This document shows, one piece after another, positions 36,380 to 49,360 of a DNA stretch of 64,000 bases. A program made the position numbers and the translations under genes. The DNA is taken from assembly GCA_051362555.1 (NCBI GenBank), contig CM120645.1, positions 23,712,934 to 23,776,933 of the forward strand. The letters run 5' to 3'. Under the pieces are notes generated by a model. That model saw only the letters and a list, made by a program, of their open reading frames with translations. It had not been told where the DNA came from and ran no database searches. How positions within the stretch are numbered: position 1 is the stretch's first letter; each line of letters starts with the position of its first letter. Source of the DNA: Lingula anatina. Its lineage: Eukaryota > Animalia > Brachiopoda.

Positions 36380-38280
36380 TTACTCCAGCTTGGGGTCAAA
36401 CTCTTTCAAAATCTGCAATTAATTGAATATTGTATGCGCAACATCAAATACGAATAGATTTTATGGTAAGAAATGGCTGGTCTTTGTTAAGAAAAAATTA
36501 TCTGATTTTTTTTTCATTTAGACGTTTCTAATCATTTTTAAAGTGAGGTATGTAATTCCTGCTGCAGGTACCTCCAAGAACAAATAAGCACATTTTACTA
36601 ATCGCGGTGTTCAATATAAATTTTCTAAAACAAAAAATTGTTATAATGTGCAGAGTAATGAAAGCATCGTTATAACCAAGTTTACCTTTGCACATGCTTC
36701 AATACATTCCTCCATACTTACGACCCCATCACCTAAATTAGAAAATAATAACTTTGTCACGTTACTTTTGCGACCCAGAGTTTGTGCAACATAAAGCATC
36801 GACTCTGTTTCAGAAAAATATGAATTTAAGGTTTACTCTTCATTCGAAAGAATAAAGCACACTAACCATCGGTATCTAGTGTGATTAAAAGGTCTACGTC
36901 GGCCGTGGTCACAACACCATCGTCATTGAAATCATCCAATTCAAATAATGCACGGATCCACTTTGCTTTAAGTCCATAATCGGTTTTCATGAAATATCTC
37001 ACATATTCCTCTAGAGTGACTTCATCGTTATCTGGAAAAATTATATATTTAAATGACTCGCATTGTTTTATGATATGTGTTCGGGTGTACTACATAGGAT
37101 ACGGATGCATTCAAAACCGCGGAATAACAAATACCGGTATGGCTGGCCCTCTTGAATGCTTGTTATTTAATCCGCAGATCTTTTAGTCTGCTGTTGCGAA
37201 TGCGGCCTTTTTTTTCGACAGTTTGGAAAGTTTTGCTCAGAGCATACTTTTTTTTATCTTAATAACTATGGACGCTTTCAAAAGTATCATTTTACCGATT
37301 AAGTTATTTGCATTATCAAAATGCATTATGCGGTGTATTTTCTGTCCACCTTTGATAAAATATTTATAAAACATGAATAAAATTTTTACATTCCCATTGA
37401 CATTTCAAATAATGATGTGATGCCAGAAAAAATCAAGGTATTATTCAGCTTATGAGCATCTGCGTATGTTGTAATTTGTTAACAGCTTTTGTCAGCGCGG
37501 CGAACATTTTGTCTCGACGAGTTTCAAATTGTTCATATTATTAACTATACAAACGGTACCATGGTTGGTATTTTTGAATGTAGAAAATTACGTATCAATT
37601 TTCTTGCATTATAAAATACTTATATGATAAACTGGAATGGTATCCATTCCGTGTTCCTAATTCCAGCTTATGCTGAACTACATGTTCCGGATAAGTAATG
37701 ATGAGACTTACGGTTAACATCTACAATGGCCAATGCAGCCCCCCATTCCAGTTTAGTCAAAATACCATCGTTATTGATGTCCGTGCCATTGCAGATTAAC
37801 TCTCCAAGCTCCCATGCTGTCAGCTGTGGCTTTGCGTCATTCATAAGAGCACAATAACTAAAACAATGTCAATTAATGTCCAGATAATCTTAATGAAGAG
37901 TATTTGCAATTATTGTGTTGTGTTCAGAGATGTGAAGCCCCAAGAAGTATTCTTAAAACGTATCAGCAGAAATAGCTTATGAGTTTTAATTAATCACACG
38001 CTGTTATAAGCTGTTTTAATATATAAAAAATTCACCCTAATTATTAGTTGTTAACCGTTAATTAATTATTAAGTGATCCTGAGTCAATGATCAAAACCCT
38101 AAAAGAGTTAAAAACGGATTCAAGCGAAGCCCAGACCGACGAGAGAGAGAGAGAGAGGGAGAGTGGGAGGGAGAAGTGGAGAGAGAGCGAGGTTTAAGCA
38201 TGATCACTAGTAAGGCCTACTTACATATTTGTCACCATGGAGACAACAGACAAGATCACCGTTATCACGTGGAACTTCAT
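36380..38280 (-). CDS. Secreted four-EF-hand protein, copy 6 (148 aa); exons 38225-38280, 37712-37857, 36867-37031, 36686-36732, 36380-36412
   Basis: MKFHVITVILSVVSMVTNI...CNGTDINNDGILTKLE...DVNHNDEVTLEE...DFNDDGVVTTAD...DTDGDGVVSMEECIEACAKILKEFDPKLE*; non-coding exon 1 ends at 43640. Confidence 0.9.
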
Positions 38281-38441
38281 CTTCTTGCAGCGTTGTGTGC
38301 TACTTTAATATAATTTATTCACATTAATCTAGTATATGTAAGCACAACGAGACAACTAAATGCGTATTTAGATTTTACTCTAACATGGCACCTCTAAGGG
38401 ACCCTGCTTAATGATACAATTATCGAATCAGTCCCGCTTTA

Positions 38442-41400
38442 CACAGCACAAAAACAAATCTTTCCGATTTTTCAGCCCCCGCGGAATGACGTCGGAACAG
38501 TGCAAGCTGGCCTTTACAACGCGCGACTGAATGACGTTTTTCCGCGCAGGAGTACCCCTTTCTCTTTTACACGGCCTTTCAACAGGCGTAATCTCGTTCG
38601 TCTTTCTTCGCGACTGAACAACGTTTTTCCGCAGGGGTCCTGCCTTGGTATTATGTGACGGTCGTTATTGGATTGTGACTGACATTTAAGAACATGAGAT
38701 TTCAATGGAACTGAAAGATTTATATTGTTAATTCCTTTCAAAATTTCATTTTATTATCTTAGGTGCGCTACATGTATATACTGTCGAAAGGCGTGATCAT
38801 CCCCATCATAAGAAAATCTCTCCTGAGGAAGCTTCCCCCGAGGGCTTATCATATTTTGTTATTCATCATTTCATTTCTCTTTGCTGATTTATCCCTAAAA
38901 GTTGTATTTGATCTATCAAATCCAGTCCAATTCACAGTCGTCTCAAAAACCATTTTAAATTAATATAGATTGCTTAGAAGCGATATCAAAGTCCATTTTT
39001 AAAGCATGATCATTATTTCCATAAAATTGCAATGAATTATAATGAATAAAACTTGGTCAAAAGCCATGCTGTTTGATTATTAAAAGTTTGGCCGCGGCCT
39101 TGAATAATGCAACTCTGGTTGCAGCAACATAACTGACTGGCATTTAACTTGTCGCTTGCACTATAGAAATCGTTAATCACACTTGCGCTTACAATCTGGA
39201 TTTTATAGGATACGTTATAATTAGGTGTCTCCGGAGTAAAAATCATTTCACTGAAATCATGATACACAGTCAGTGTATTTTTACTTTTTTTATTTTTTCA
39301 ATTTATAAGGTGTATTTATAAAGATTCCTTAGACGATCGCGATTTAGCCTGCGGCAGTTTAAATAGATCTTAAGTTTATTACACTGATGGACGTAGTGCT
39401 TATGCACTGAATCAGCGTGTGCAGTGGTGCAACCAAGGGAGTTGGAAGAACCAGCGGGTGACCGTTAAACGTTCTAATATTTAATCAACACTGAGCGGAG
39501 AACAAACAAAAAAGGATAAAGATGTGTCACTCTATACGCTGGTGGCCGGGGAAATTTCAACAAAGCCCGACTAACAACAGTGTACGTCACGACCACCTTC
39601 AATATTTCATCCAGCTAAAAGACGAAAACAAAAATATTTTAATACCAGTGTTGACTGGAGATGCATTAGAAAATTTTTTTATTTGATGAATAAGTATTGC
39701 CCCACAACTGATCGTAGTACATCCCACGATAAGATTTCGCTCGATAGACCATGTCTAGAACCATTAGTAAACCATTAGTTCTAAACTAGCTGCCATAAAA
39801 AACCTTGCTTGAAAAACTGAATAACTATAAGACCATTGTTATTTTGCAAGGTTAAGCAGCGATAAATATGTTGATATATAGCAAACATTATCAGTATGAT
39901 GTGCCGTAATACGTATATAACAGGAGTACTTTTCTATTGATGATGATATCTTGCTCATAGTGGGTGACGAAGAGAAGGGGGCGGTTAAACCCCGTAAGTG
40001 AAGAATCACTGCACATTAAACGTGCATCGTGTGTCACTTTTACACGGTTTCTGCAAATGAAAATGTATCATATCGCAATATACTGATTTCTTCATAGAAA
40101 TTCATTTTTCACATGAAAATAAGTAAATCGCCGCAAGTCAGAAACGGTTATTTTGTTTATAAGTTATGGGCTTTGACAGAGAAGGACTAGCCTGCTTTAG
40201 ATGACAGCCGGATTCGGTTGTATTTGTATGGGGACTGCTACCAGTAATTAACACAGTTTTCACATGAAGTACCATTGAAACACGATGGTCGAGAGATGAC
40301 TCATGAGCTGAGGTCAGTATAACAAGCAGCATGGTGGCCAATAAGCTATTTAACCTTTTATGTAACCTCTCTCCAACCGCGGTGATTAAGGCTTAAACCA
40401 AGTGTTTTGGTTTCTCACTTCTTTGTTTAAGCACAGCCCCCCCCCCCCTCTTTTTTTCAGGACTCTGCAGCTGATGAAGGTCACTTGTTGACCGAAAAGC
40501 GCTTTCTGCAACCAGTCCAACCTCCCTTTTTTTCGTTTCCCCAGCCGCACTGTGTTTATCTCGTACAGTCGGCCCTTCAGGTCAAACACATACAGAGGCG
40601 AGACACCTCTCTCACAGCATACCGAAGTGAAACAACAGCCGATAACATTGAATACGGCAATAAATAGTTATCTAACATAATTCGAATCAGAATTATAAGA
40701 CGGACACGTTCTATCACCGTTGTCATCTCTTCACAAACACGTGATAACGCATCTAAGGGACTTTTATACTTCAATCTTAACTCTAACGTCCCAAAAGCAA
40801 TCTCAAAGCTTTTAACCAGGGGCGCTGTCAAAACACACGTCCCCAGGGAACCAGCCCTGTATCGTGTTATTTTGATAAGAGTTAGTTTAACTAACACATG
40901 AGCCGACCACCCCTAAACAACGAATATTAAATCGCAACTACAAAGGGGAGGATGTGGTGTGGTGTGAAGATAGCCACAGAGACAGAGTACAAAGTAAATG
41001 TACAGGAAAAACGAGAGGATGAAAACAGTAAGTGGTTTTATTCCTTTTGTTGTTTTCATAATATTCATTTATTTTCATTTTTAATAATTGATTATCATGT
41101 TTGTTGATAAATTACCAAATCTTTGATTTTATTACATTCTCCATGTCTGTTATAGTGGTAGGCTACATGCATTCTTGTAATTCTCAATCCTGATACTTTC
41201 TCTGAATTTTTTTTAGTCAGACATGCTGTTCCCTTTACCCAGTTATGTTTAATACGTTATTACACATTATATTTTGATATAATTTCGTTATATCTTTACA
41301 GAAACCGTTAAGAAGGACACCGCACTGGAAAAAAGGAAAGGGCGATAGCAGCACTGAACAAGGGGAAGACGTTGAAAGGGGCAACGTCAGAAATATCTGA

Positions 41401-43141
41401 TGCGGGGGTCTGCCAGGCTAAAGGAGTGCTCAAATTGATGTGTGGAAAATAATTTACACGCAAGGGCGATTTGATGTGTGGAAAATAATTTACACGCAAG
41501 GACGATTAGAGTCCACAGTTGTAGATTAGATAATATCACAGTATTCAACATGAAAAATGTTAATATATCTCCTTTACGGTGATTGATTTTTACTTACTGT
41601 TTTTATATATATTGTTATTACAATGAGATCAGTACTTCTTATATTTGAACATATATTTGTATATTATTTTGCTGTGATCCCAAGTAAACTGATATGTTTT
41701 AATTCAGGCCCAGTCTTGAAAGTCCAATTGGGGAGGGGAATGACCACAGTACGCGGGAAGATAAATTATCAATACACAAATTACAGTGTATTATTATCTC
41801 ACTGATAGTAGGCATTTTAAAAATATCCTGAAAATCACGCATCACCGGGTAAAATGTCTTCGTTTCGCGAAGGGCGGAGAATAAAAAATTGCATTCACAA
41901 GTCGCGTGAATGGGGTGCTTCACGAATCACGCTAAATAAGATGAACGTTTCACACACCTCAAGAAATAAATTTATTCTGAAAGCACATTTTTCTCTTAGA
42001 ATTTGAGCAGCATTTATTTGATTTTGATTAAATACTTTAAGTTAGTCGGATATTTCAGCTACATAATGTGTTACGTTTCTCTTGTTTTTAATTTTCCCAT
42101 ATTTTTAATGTTATTTTATTTCTTTAACCTACGCATTTTGTAGGGGTTTTGGTGACAATATTTTATCTTTCCTTGGAAGCTAGGCTTCATCGCCTTACTC
42201 AATGTGAACAAAAATACCTAATGAGTGTAATTTTTAAAACGGGGTCGGGCAATTAGGGCACACATAATTGGCATGTTATTTAACGAGCGGCCACTCTCTG
42301 CAAATACATTAAGTCGATGGATAAGTAGTAGTCGTTTTCGTTTTCATCATATGTTTACCAGATGTCAGATAAATAATGGAAGAAGCCTGACTACTTATGA
42401 ACCTGTGACGTTCCTATAATTGTACTTTTGCTTAGATTTTGTTCTGGAAAGTCGTATTTAAATGTGGTTCGTATTTATTTGCGTAATTATTTTACTAGGT
42501 AAATTTTTTAATGGTATTCGCTATTGTTTAGGGTGTGCGTATAATGAGTGTACAAAACAATACATTAGTGAAAGATTACTTTCCACTTGTGAAATATAGT
42601 AGCTGTATTGCGCTTTATAAATATAATACCCACTGTATTGTAACGGTTATTGTTGTTTTTTGCAATAAATTACTATAATTGAAAATTCACAAGCCTTCCT
42701 CTCATTAAATGAAATGCTACATGAATTTGAAACATTATCAGTGCTATAAGTAATTGAAATAACTATAATCGTCCATATTTGATTAGATAAGGGTAGTAAA
42801 GACTTACCTAAAATCGCCTTTATTTGATCGGAAAAGGGTTATAATGACGTACCTCATATGTCATTTACTTCATCGGAAAAGGGTTATAAAGACGTGTCAA
42901 AAATCGCCTATATTTGATCGGAAAGGAGTTGTAAAGAGGTTGTTTTTAGACGCCTATACTTGATCGGAAAGACGTAGTAATAGTGCAACTACAATTTTAA
43001 GCTTAGGCATAAAAGGGTAGTAAACCCGTAGACCCTGACCTTTCCGGTAGAGCTTTACACCGTTGAAAAGGCTTGTAAAGAGAATATTCAGACCCATTTC
43101 CTGAAGAGTAAAAGAGCTGAAAATTGACTTTTTGTGCTGTG
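38442..43141. mobile_element. CMC-superfamily (Chapaev3/EnSpm-like) DNA transposon, non-autonomous, 4700 bp, in intron 1 of copy 6
   Basis: TIR CACAGCACAAAAA / TTTTTGTGCTGTG; TTA TSD (38439-38441, 43142-43144); empty site gtctcgctttagcaatg near 32390; subterminal repeats (gcgactgaa.gacgtttttccgc near 38520-38630; tgatcggaaaagggttata near 42820-42970). No intact transposase. Confidence 0.85.
40460..40518 (+). ncRNA. Minimal type I hammerhead ribozyme (Penelope-like element / retrozyme type)
   Basis: GGACT-c-TGCAG [CTGATGA] a GGTCA-cttgt-TGACC [GAAA] AGCGCT-T-T CTGCA-acc-AGTCC: core motifs, perfect 5-bp stem II, palindromic stem III, bipartite stem I. Confidence 0.8.
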
Positions 43142-44874
43142 TTAGCAATGTTCTTTTAGCTACATGTACCTACTATTATTCTGTCTGATTCTAAAATCTA
43201 AATAAATGTCTAACTGAACAACAATTATGTGAAGATTTAAAGCTATTGGTTATAATGTCATTTCACACCTTTAGGGTACTGGTATGTTACAGTCTGGCCA
43301 CGTAATGTATAAGTAACTAAGTGAAAGCAGATAACGTATGGTGTAACCTGGTCTGCTTTATCACAAACGCCGAATTATCTTTTTTATCAAAATTAGTCGA
43401 CGCATTATAATTTTGTGATTTGATACAAATTGAAATATCATTGAAATGATCATTAACTGTACGTAAAATGGTTTAAGAATCGGGTCACATGATGTTTCTG
43501 ATCCAACGATCTGGTATCACTCAAAATCCTTTAAACAGAAAGCCGAAAAATCAGCTTACATGTAGCTATTAAGTTTTGCAAACATAACAACTAGAAAATC
43601 AAGCGATGTCAAATAGCAATAATTTCATTTCAAACTTACTTGATATGATTGTTTTCACCTGCGATGGCTATCAGTAGAGAGCTCCGACTGAAATGACAAA
43701 CTACTCTTTCAAGGGAGTTTGTTACGATAGGTATGCGACAGTCAAGCCATCAGCAGACATACGGGTATTTTCGAAGTATTCATTGACGGGTAAAATTAAA
43801 TCGGGACCCCTTCTACATCTCTCCTCTCTCCTATGATAATGTCCGCCTTGAAACAGGGAGTTCAAATTCGATTCAAATTGAAAAATTTCCTCACATCATA
43901 TGCGTGAAAAACCTGTTTTAATAAAAAAGCATATACACGATCACGTAGCGAAGCCATTAATGTCTGCCTCGACGGCTGCCGGCATCATTTTCACGTGTAA
44001 ATAGATACCGTGAACACAAAAGGACCGGATAATAGACGAATCAGCAACAATCAAAACGCAGTATTTTCATATACCAGTAAGACTTTTTTTCACAATTATT
44101 ATTGAAATGTATATTTGTCACTAAATGTATAGTTTTTCATCGAAAAATTAATGAGATTTGCCAGTATTTCTTCCTTTCACAGTCTGATCTAACCAGGGAA
44201 ATGAAGGCTGTGAAAGATATTTTAAGTACTTTTAATACATTTAAAGAATTCTGATCACATCCCCAAAACTGCTGGGCGTGTATGTACTGAAAACTGGAAA
44301 AAGGTGCTGTTGAACTCTCTCAACTTAGGGTAACACATTAGTTGTCTAAAAAATACGCAGCATATGCACTTTGACAGTCTTTTTTGTAAACTTAGTTGCC
44401 TTAGTAGCTACAATGTAACATGTAACAAAATTGATGAGTCCATTACAAAAATAAAGTTTTATTTTACTCCCACCAAAACACATTGGTTCCAACTGTCTAC
44501 AATATACGTACCGGGTACTACCGTCAGTGTCACTAAATGGATAACAGAGTTATAGCAGACTTATATTATCGACTTAGTTTCAACCTTATCTTGGAAACAC
44601 CCCTTTATATGACACAAAAGTCAAGTGTCAACGCAATCTCATCCACGCATCCTTCTCCATGTATCCATATAAGTTAGACGTTCATCTGAAAATGACATAA
44701 CTTAATTAAGATTTGATTTGGTTTCTGGCATTACAATTCCTAACATACTATCAAAGAAGAAATTTGCCCTGAGAAATGTATCAACTTAAAGGGTGGGTAG
44801 CATAAGTTTGATGGTATAGCAGAGCGATGTCAATAATGAATATGTACACTGCAATCCTGGATGGCCAACACATG

Positions 44875-46352
44875 CTACAAATCGCATATCTTCCTAAACA
44901 GAAGGTGGGCCAGTATCATTCCTGTATGGCCTTCATATATTCTTGGATCTCCTCCTATTGGACAAAGAAAATGTGAACTCCGGTCACAGCTTGTCACTTT
45001 CATCGGATTGACAATATAAAAACCATCAATGATTTCCACTCCATATTTTACCAGGCTCTCCCTGATGATTTCGTTGACCGCTGCCACCATGTAATCATTC
45101 GCATTTTTGGCCAAAACCCTCGGCAGAATATTGACATATATTAGATGGAATTTTGCAGTGTTGGGATTTTTCCGAACTCTGCCCAGGAGGTCGACAAAAC
45201 GACCAAAATCTTGTTTTATAAATTCGTAGGCACCCTTAAGTTCTATATCATGTATGCCTAAATCCATTACAACTACATCATCGCTTGTAGCAGGCCTTTT
45301 GTGAAATCTGGACGAGAGTGAACGGATTGCTTTCAGCCAGTCGGGAGTCCACGGAGTCCATTTAAATATATAATTGCTCAGACCTATAAGCTCCTTTCGG
45401 TCCGGTACAGAGTGCTTGGGATATATGCTAGGAGTAATGTGGTCTGTATAAGGAGGAATATGATGATATTTCGACAACAATTGATTCAAGTAATTACTAA
45501 GATATCTGAGATGTGAATCTCCGAGGATTGTGAAAGTGGTTTTCCTATTGTAACATTTCCAAAGGTCTGCCTCAGTCACGAACTCGAAAATACACCCGCT
45601 TTTAGTTCCCCATTTCCAGTCTCCTCGAATATTCCACCAGCGTCCATTCATGTATTCCTCAATGTTTGTCTTATTACAATTTTTACCTTCTGTTATTGCG
45701 TTCTGTGAACCGGATTTTTCGTGGGAAGCATAATCAAAGGAATGGATCTTTCTGTGGATTCTACAGGGGTTATTTTGTTTTGATCCAGCATCGTGGTGTC
45801 TGAATGCATCAAAATCCGTGTAGTCTAAGTATATCGTACCCTGTATACTAGAATGAACATCACAATATCCGAGGTAGGTTCCATTAAAGAAATCTCTCAC
45901 AGGGCACACCATGGACAACGTGGCATTTTTCGTCGAGTCCCCTTTTCTTTCTTCTATAATGATGTACATATTATGAGAGTTATACATCACCACGTTGACA
46001 TTGTACGTGTAATTCGCACTCTTGTTTGTGAAGCAATGTTTACTTTCAGCATCAGGGTTAAGACTTGACCAAGCACGTTCTAGTTGTTCCTTCTCTGGAA
46101 TACCATTTCTAACCCAGCCGCGTCCACCCAAAAGACCATTTTCTCGATATTCAATAATCATTCCATGTTTGAATTGACCCACATCCAGTTCCCTGGTTTT
46201 CCTTGAAGGCGGGACCCTCTGCAATAAGTTCTGGATAGTAATACTTCTGTTGGGAGATTCCGACCAAATCAATGAAATATATATATTAAAATGCTAACGA
46301 TCGCAAGACCCACACCGCGAAATGTACGTCGAGTCAAAGATTCCTTTCCCAT
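44875..46352 (-). CDS. NXPE / PC-esterase (SGNH hydrolase fold) type II membrane protein, intronless; 2-bp frameshift near 46277-46286
   Basis: 465-aa ORF with CPVRDFFNGTYLGYC, GRW, LGDSHLR, DLGIHD and CDRSSH motifs. Real start ATG at 46352 (MGKESLTRRTFRGVGLAIVSILIY.., signal anchor) is out of frame because of (AT)5 versus (AT)4 in the paralogue at 58979-58986. Confidence 0.8.
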
Positions 46353-47252
46353 CTTTTTGGAATTATGGCGTTTGTCAGTGTTGCCGACGCGGCTTTGTGT
46401 TCAGGTATTTATATGTTGCATGTGCTCAATTAGTGTTCTTAGTTCGCGTGATGAGCTGCGTCCGTTGCGAGCAAGAGCTTCGTATTGGTCAATTCATTGA
46501 ACACTGTTCGCGATGCTTTTCTATTGTGTGGTTTGCCTAGTTTCCGGAGTGATTTCCTGTTATTTGCTATATGTCGTCACCCACCGGTTGTCTTCTTGCC
46601 TTTCTTGGAAAAGACTGGTGAATGTGTCCATGGAGACACCCCAAAACTTCTGAGTCATATAGAACACGAAAACTATGTGTTGTAGCAAAAATAAAGACGT
46701 GAAAGGGATTCGTAACGTGTATGAAAAATCGACATCCACCGTAAATCATGACAATTTCATAACCGCATGTCGTCATATTTATTGGAACACATTAAAATAT
46801 GGGAATTACTTATAACAGAAGTTGTTTTCTACCGGCAGCACAGAATTATCCTGATGACAGGCGTATGTCTTTTACTTATGAGATATACTGTTTAACTATA
46901 AGGTTTATTTCAAATGGATATAATAACAAGGACCTTTCAGCCACCACACTAGTTTTTATTTTGAAATAATTAGTGAATTGTGGTATTCAACAAAACATTC
47001 TCAAAATTACTGACGATTCATAATTATATTTTTTCGCCATGATGTCTTCCTAAAAACTGGAACTGAAAAGGAAAAAATATTAAATGAAACTAGTATGTTT
47101 ACCTTTGGGAGTTCAGTCTAATTCTATTTATTTTACGTAATCTACTGCATATGTAAATATTTCACCAGTTATCTATGTATCGATACATATGCCAAATACA
47201 AGTGTCACATATTCAGCACTTACCACTTATGACAAATATTGTGGATAGCTGT

Positions 47253-49245
47253 TTACTCCAGCGTGGGGTCGTACTCTTTTAAGAACTTAAATAGAAACAA
47301 TATTGTAGAACCAAATTATTTATGAAATTTTCTCAAATACCGCTCATTGCAAATACAAACCCATTTATTTATACGCTTGTAATATCATTGAAGACATTCG
47401 GTTTCTACGAACTATAACGGTTTCAAACACTCTCACCTGATGTTTAGACAAAATTATCTTAAACTTCCTCCCAAGTATTATTTTTTGATTAAGTCGGGTA
47501 TTTAATCCTTTCTATAGATACTTTCAAGATGTAACAAAATCTTTTTAATTACTAGAGGTACATTTATCCAACTGGACAGATTCAAAAAGTAAAAAAGATT
47601 GATTGTTTTCATAGTAATAATAGTATTCAAAATCAAGCATACCTTTTCGCATAATTCAATACATTCATTCTTGTCTGTTTGCCCACTTCCTGAATAAGAT
47701 AAACAACTGTCATTATATGCGCATTGCCTTGTCGTATACACATGCATTTACTTCCAGTTGATATATATATGTATGTATGTTAAATGATGTGAGGTAAGGT
47801 TGAGGTTGAAAGCTATGCGCAGGAAATGGTGTATTAGAAGGCAATATGAAAGTAAGAAATCAAAATTGGTAAGTAACACGCAAACTTGGTAAGCAAGCAC
47901 TGTTGTGCGAAAGACTAAGAGAATTTACTTAGCAGATAATAACCAGATGAAAAATACCCGTGTATTAATTATGCCAGCTTTTATTCTTTGTCCACTTCCA
48001 TTAGCTATAGGCTCGCATCATTTCCGGCCCGACCCCCCTCTCCTTCAAAATCCAGGAATTTTCGCTTTATATTATACCAAGTCGCCAGTTTTGTTACGGA
48101 TGATCCCCTTTACGAATACTTATTGTGTGATAGATCATAAAAAGCTACCAAATTGAGAAGGCTATCACACATATTTGGACACTAGAGACATAGGCCTTAC
48201 TAAAAATCACTATGAAAATTTGGCCCTTTTTTGGTACCGATAGGTGAAAATCATGGGCTTGGCTCATGGACTATTAGAACCATTTTGTTTTTGATCGACG
48301 GTTAATGTCTTTTAAAGGATATTCATATTTAACTATAAATATTGTATTTGTTTTTTAGGCAAAGAGTGTTTTCTTCTTCAGTTATTTTAGAAACGGGACG
48401 ATGTTAGACAGTAAAAAACACTCACCATCGGCATCTAGTTTCCCAAATTTAAACATATCATCTTCTGTCAGTACGCCATTTTTATCAAAATCAGCCGTTT
48501 CAAAGATTGCAAGAGACCACAGTGGGCGAATTCTGCTATCCAGTTTGACCATATATCTCAGCAACTCACTGTGCGTGACTTCATCATTGTCTAAAAACCC
48601 AAAGAATAATGGGTATTGGCAATAATCAAAAATTCACATTCAATCGATTCATGAAATTATTCTTTTTGATCACGCAACATTGAATGAGTTTACATGTTCA
48701 TCTTGTGCAATGCTTATTTTTTGGTATTATAATTCAGTTACAAATTCCAGCTGAAGTTACGTTTCTTATGACTACTGCAGACCAGACGTGCTAAAACTTA
48801 CGGTCAAAGTCCATGTTGGCCTCTGTCCCAATCCATTCCAGTTTTGTGATGATGCCATCGTTATTGCTGTCCGTGGCATTGCATATTAACTCTCCAATCT
48901 CTCTCGCTGTTAGCTGTGGCTTTGCGTCATTTACGGAAGCACAATAACTAAAACAATGTCAATTAAAATTCAAATTATCTCTCTGACGGGTATTTGCAAT
49001 TATTGTGTTGTATTGTGTTGAGATGTGAATGGGAAGACAAAAGAAGTATCCATATCAGAAGAAATAGCTTATGGGTTTTAATTAACCGTACACTGTTATA
49101 AGCTGTCAATATGTAACAGATTCATCCTAATTATAAATTTTAACAGTTCTTTGATTATTAAGTTACCCTGAGTCATTGATGAAATTCCTAAAGCAGTTAA
49201 AAAGGGATTCCAGTGGAGCCCAGACCGACAACATACAGAGAGAGT

Positions 49246-49279
<34 letters not shown>

Positions 49280-49360
49280 TTAAAGCATGATCCCTAGTAC
49301 TTACATGTTGGTCACCATGGAGACAACAGACAAAATCACTGTTATCACGTGGAACTTCAT
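47253..49360 (-). CDS. Secreted four-EF-hand protein, copy 7 (148 aa); exons 49305-49360, 48802-48947, 48426-48590, 47643-47689, 47253-47285
   Basis: MKFHVITVILSVVSMVTNI...CNATDSNNDGIITKLE...DFDHNDEVTHSE...DFDKNGVLTEDD...DADGSGQTDKNECIELCEKFLKEYDPTLE*. Confidence 0.9.

Noticed and set aside
40250-40312. Possible second, degenerate hammerhead (cacatgaag-t-accat...atggt-cgaga)
   Set aside because: Both core motifs are mutated and stem I is weak; cannot be supported.
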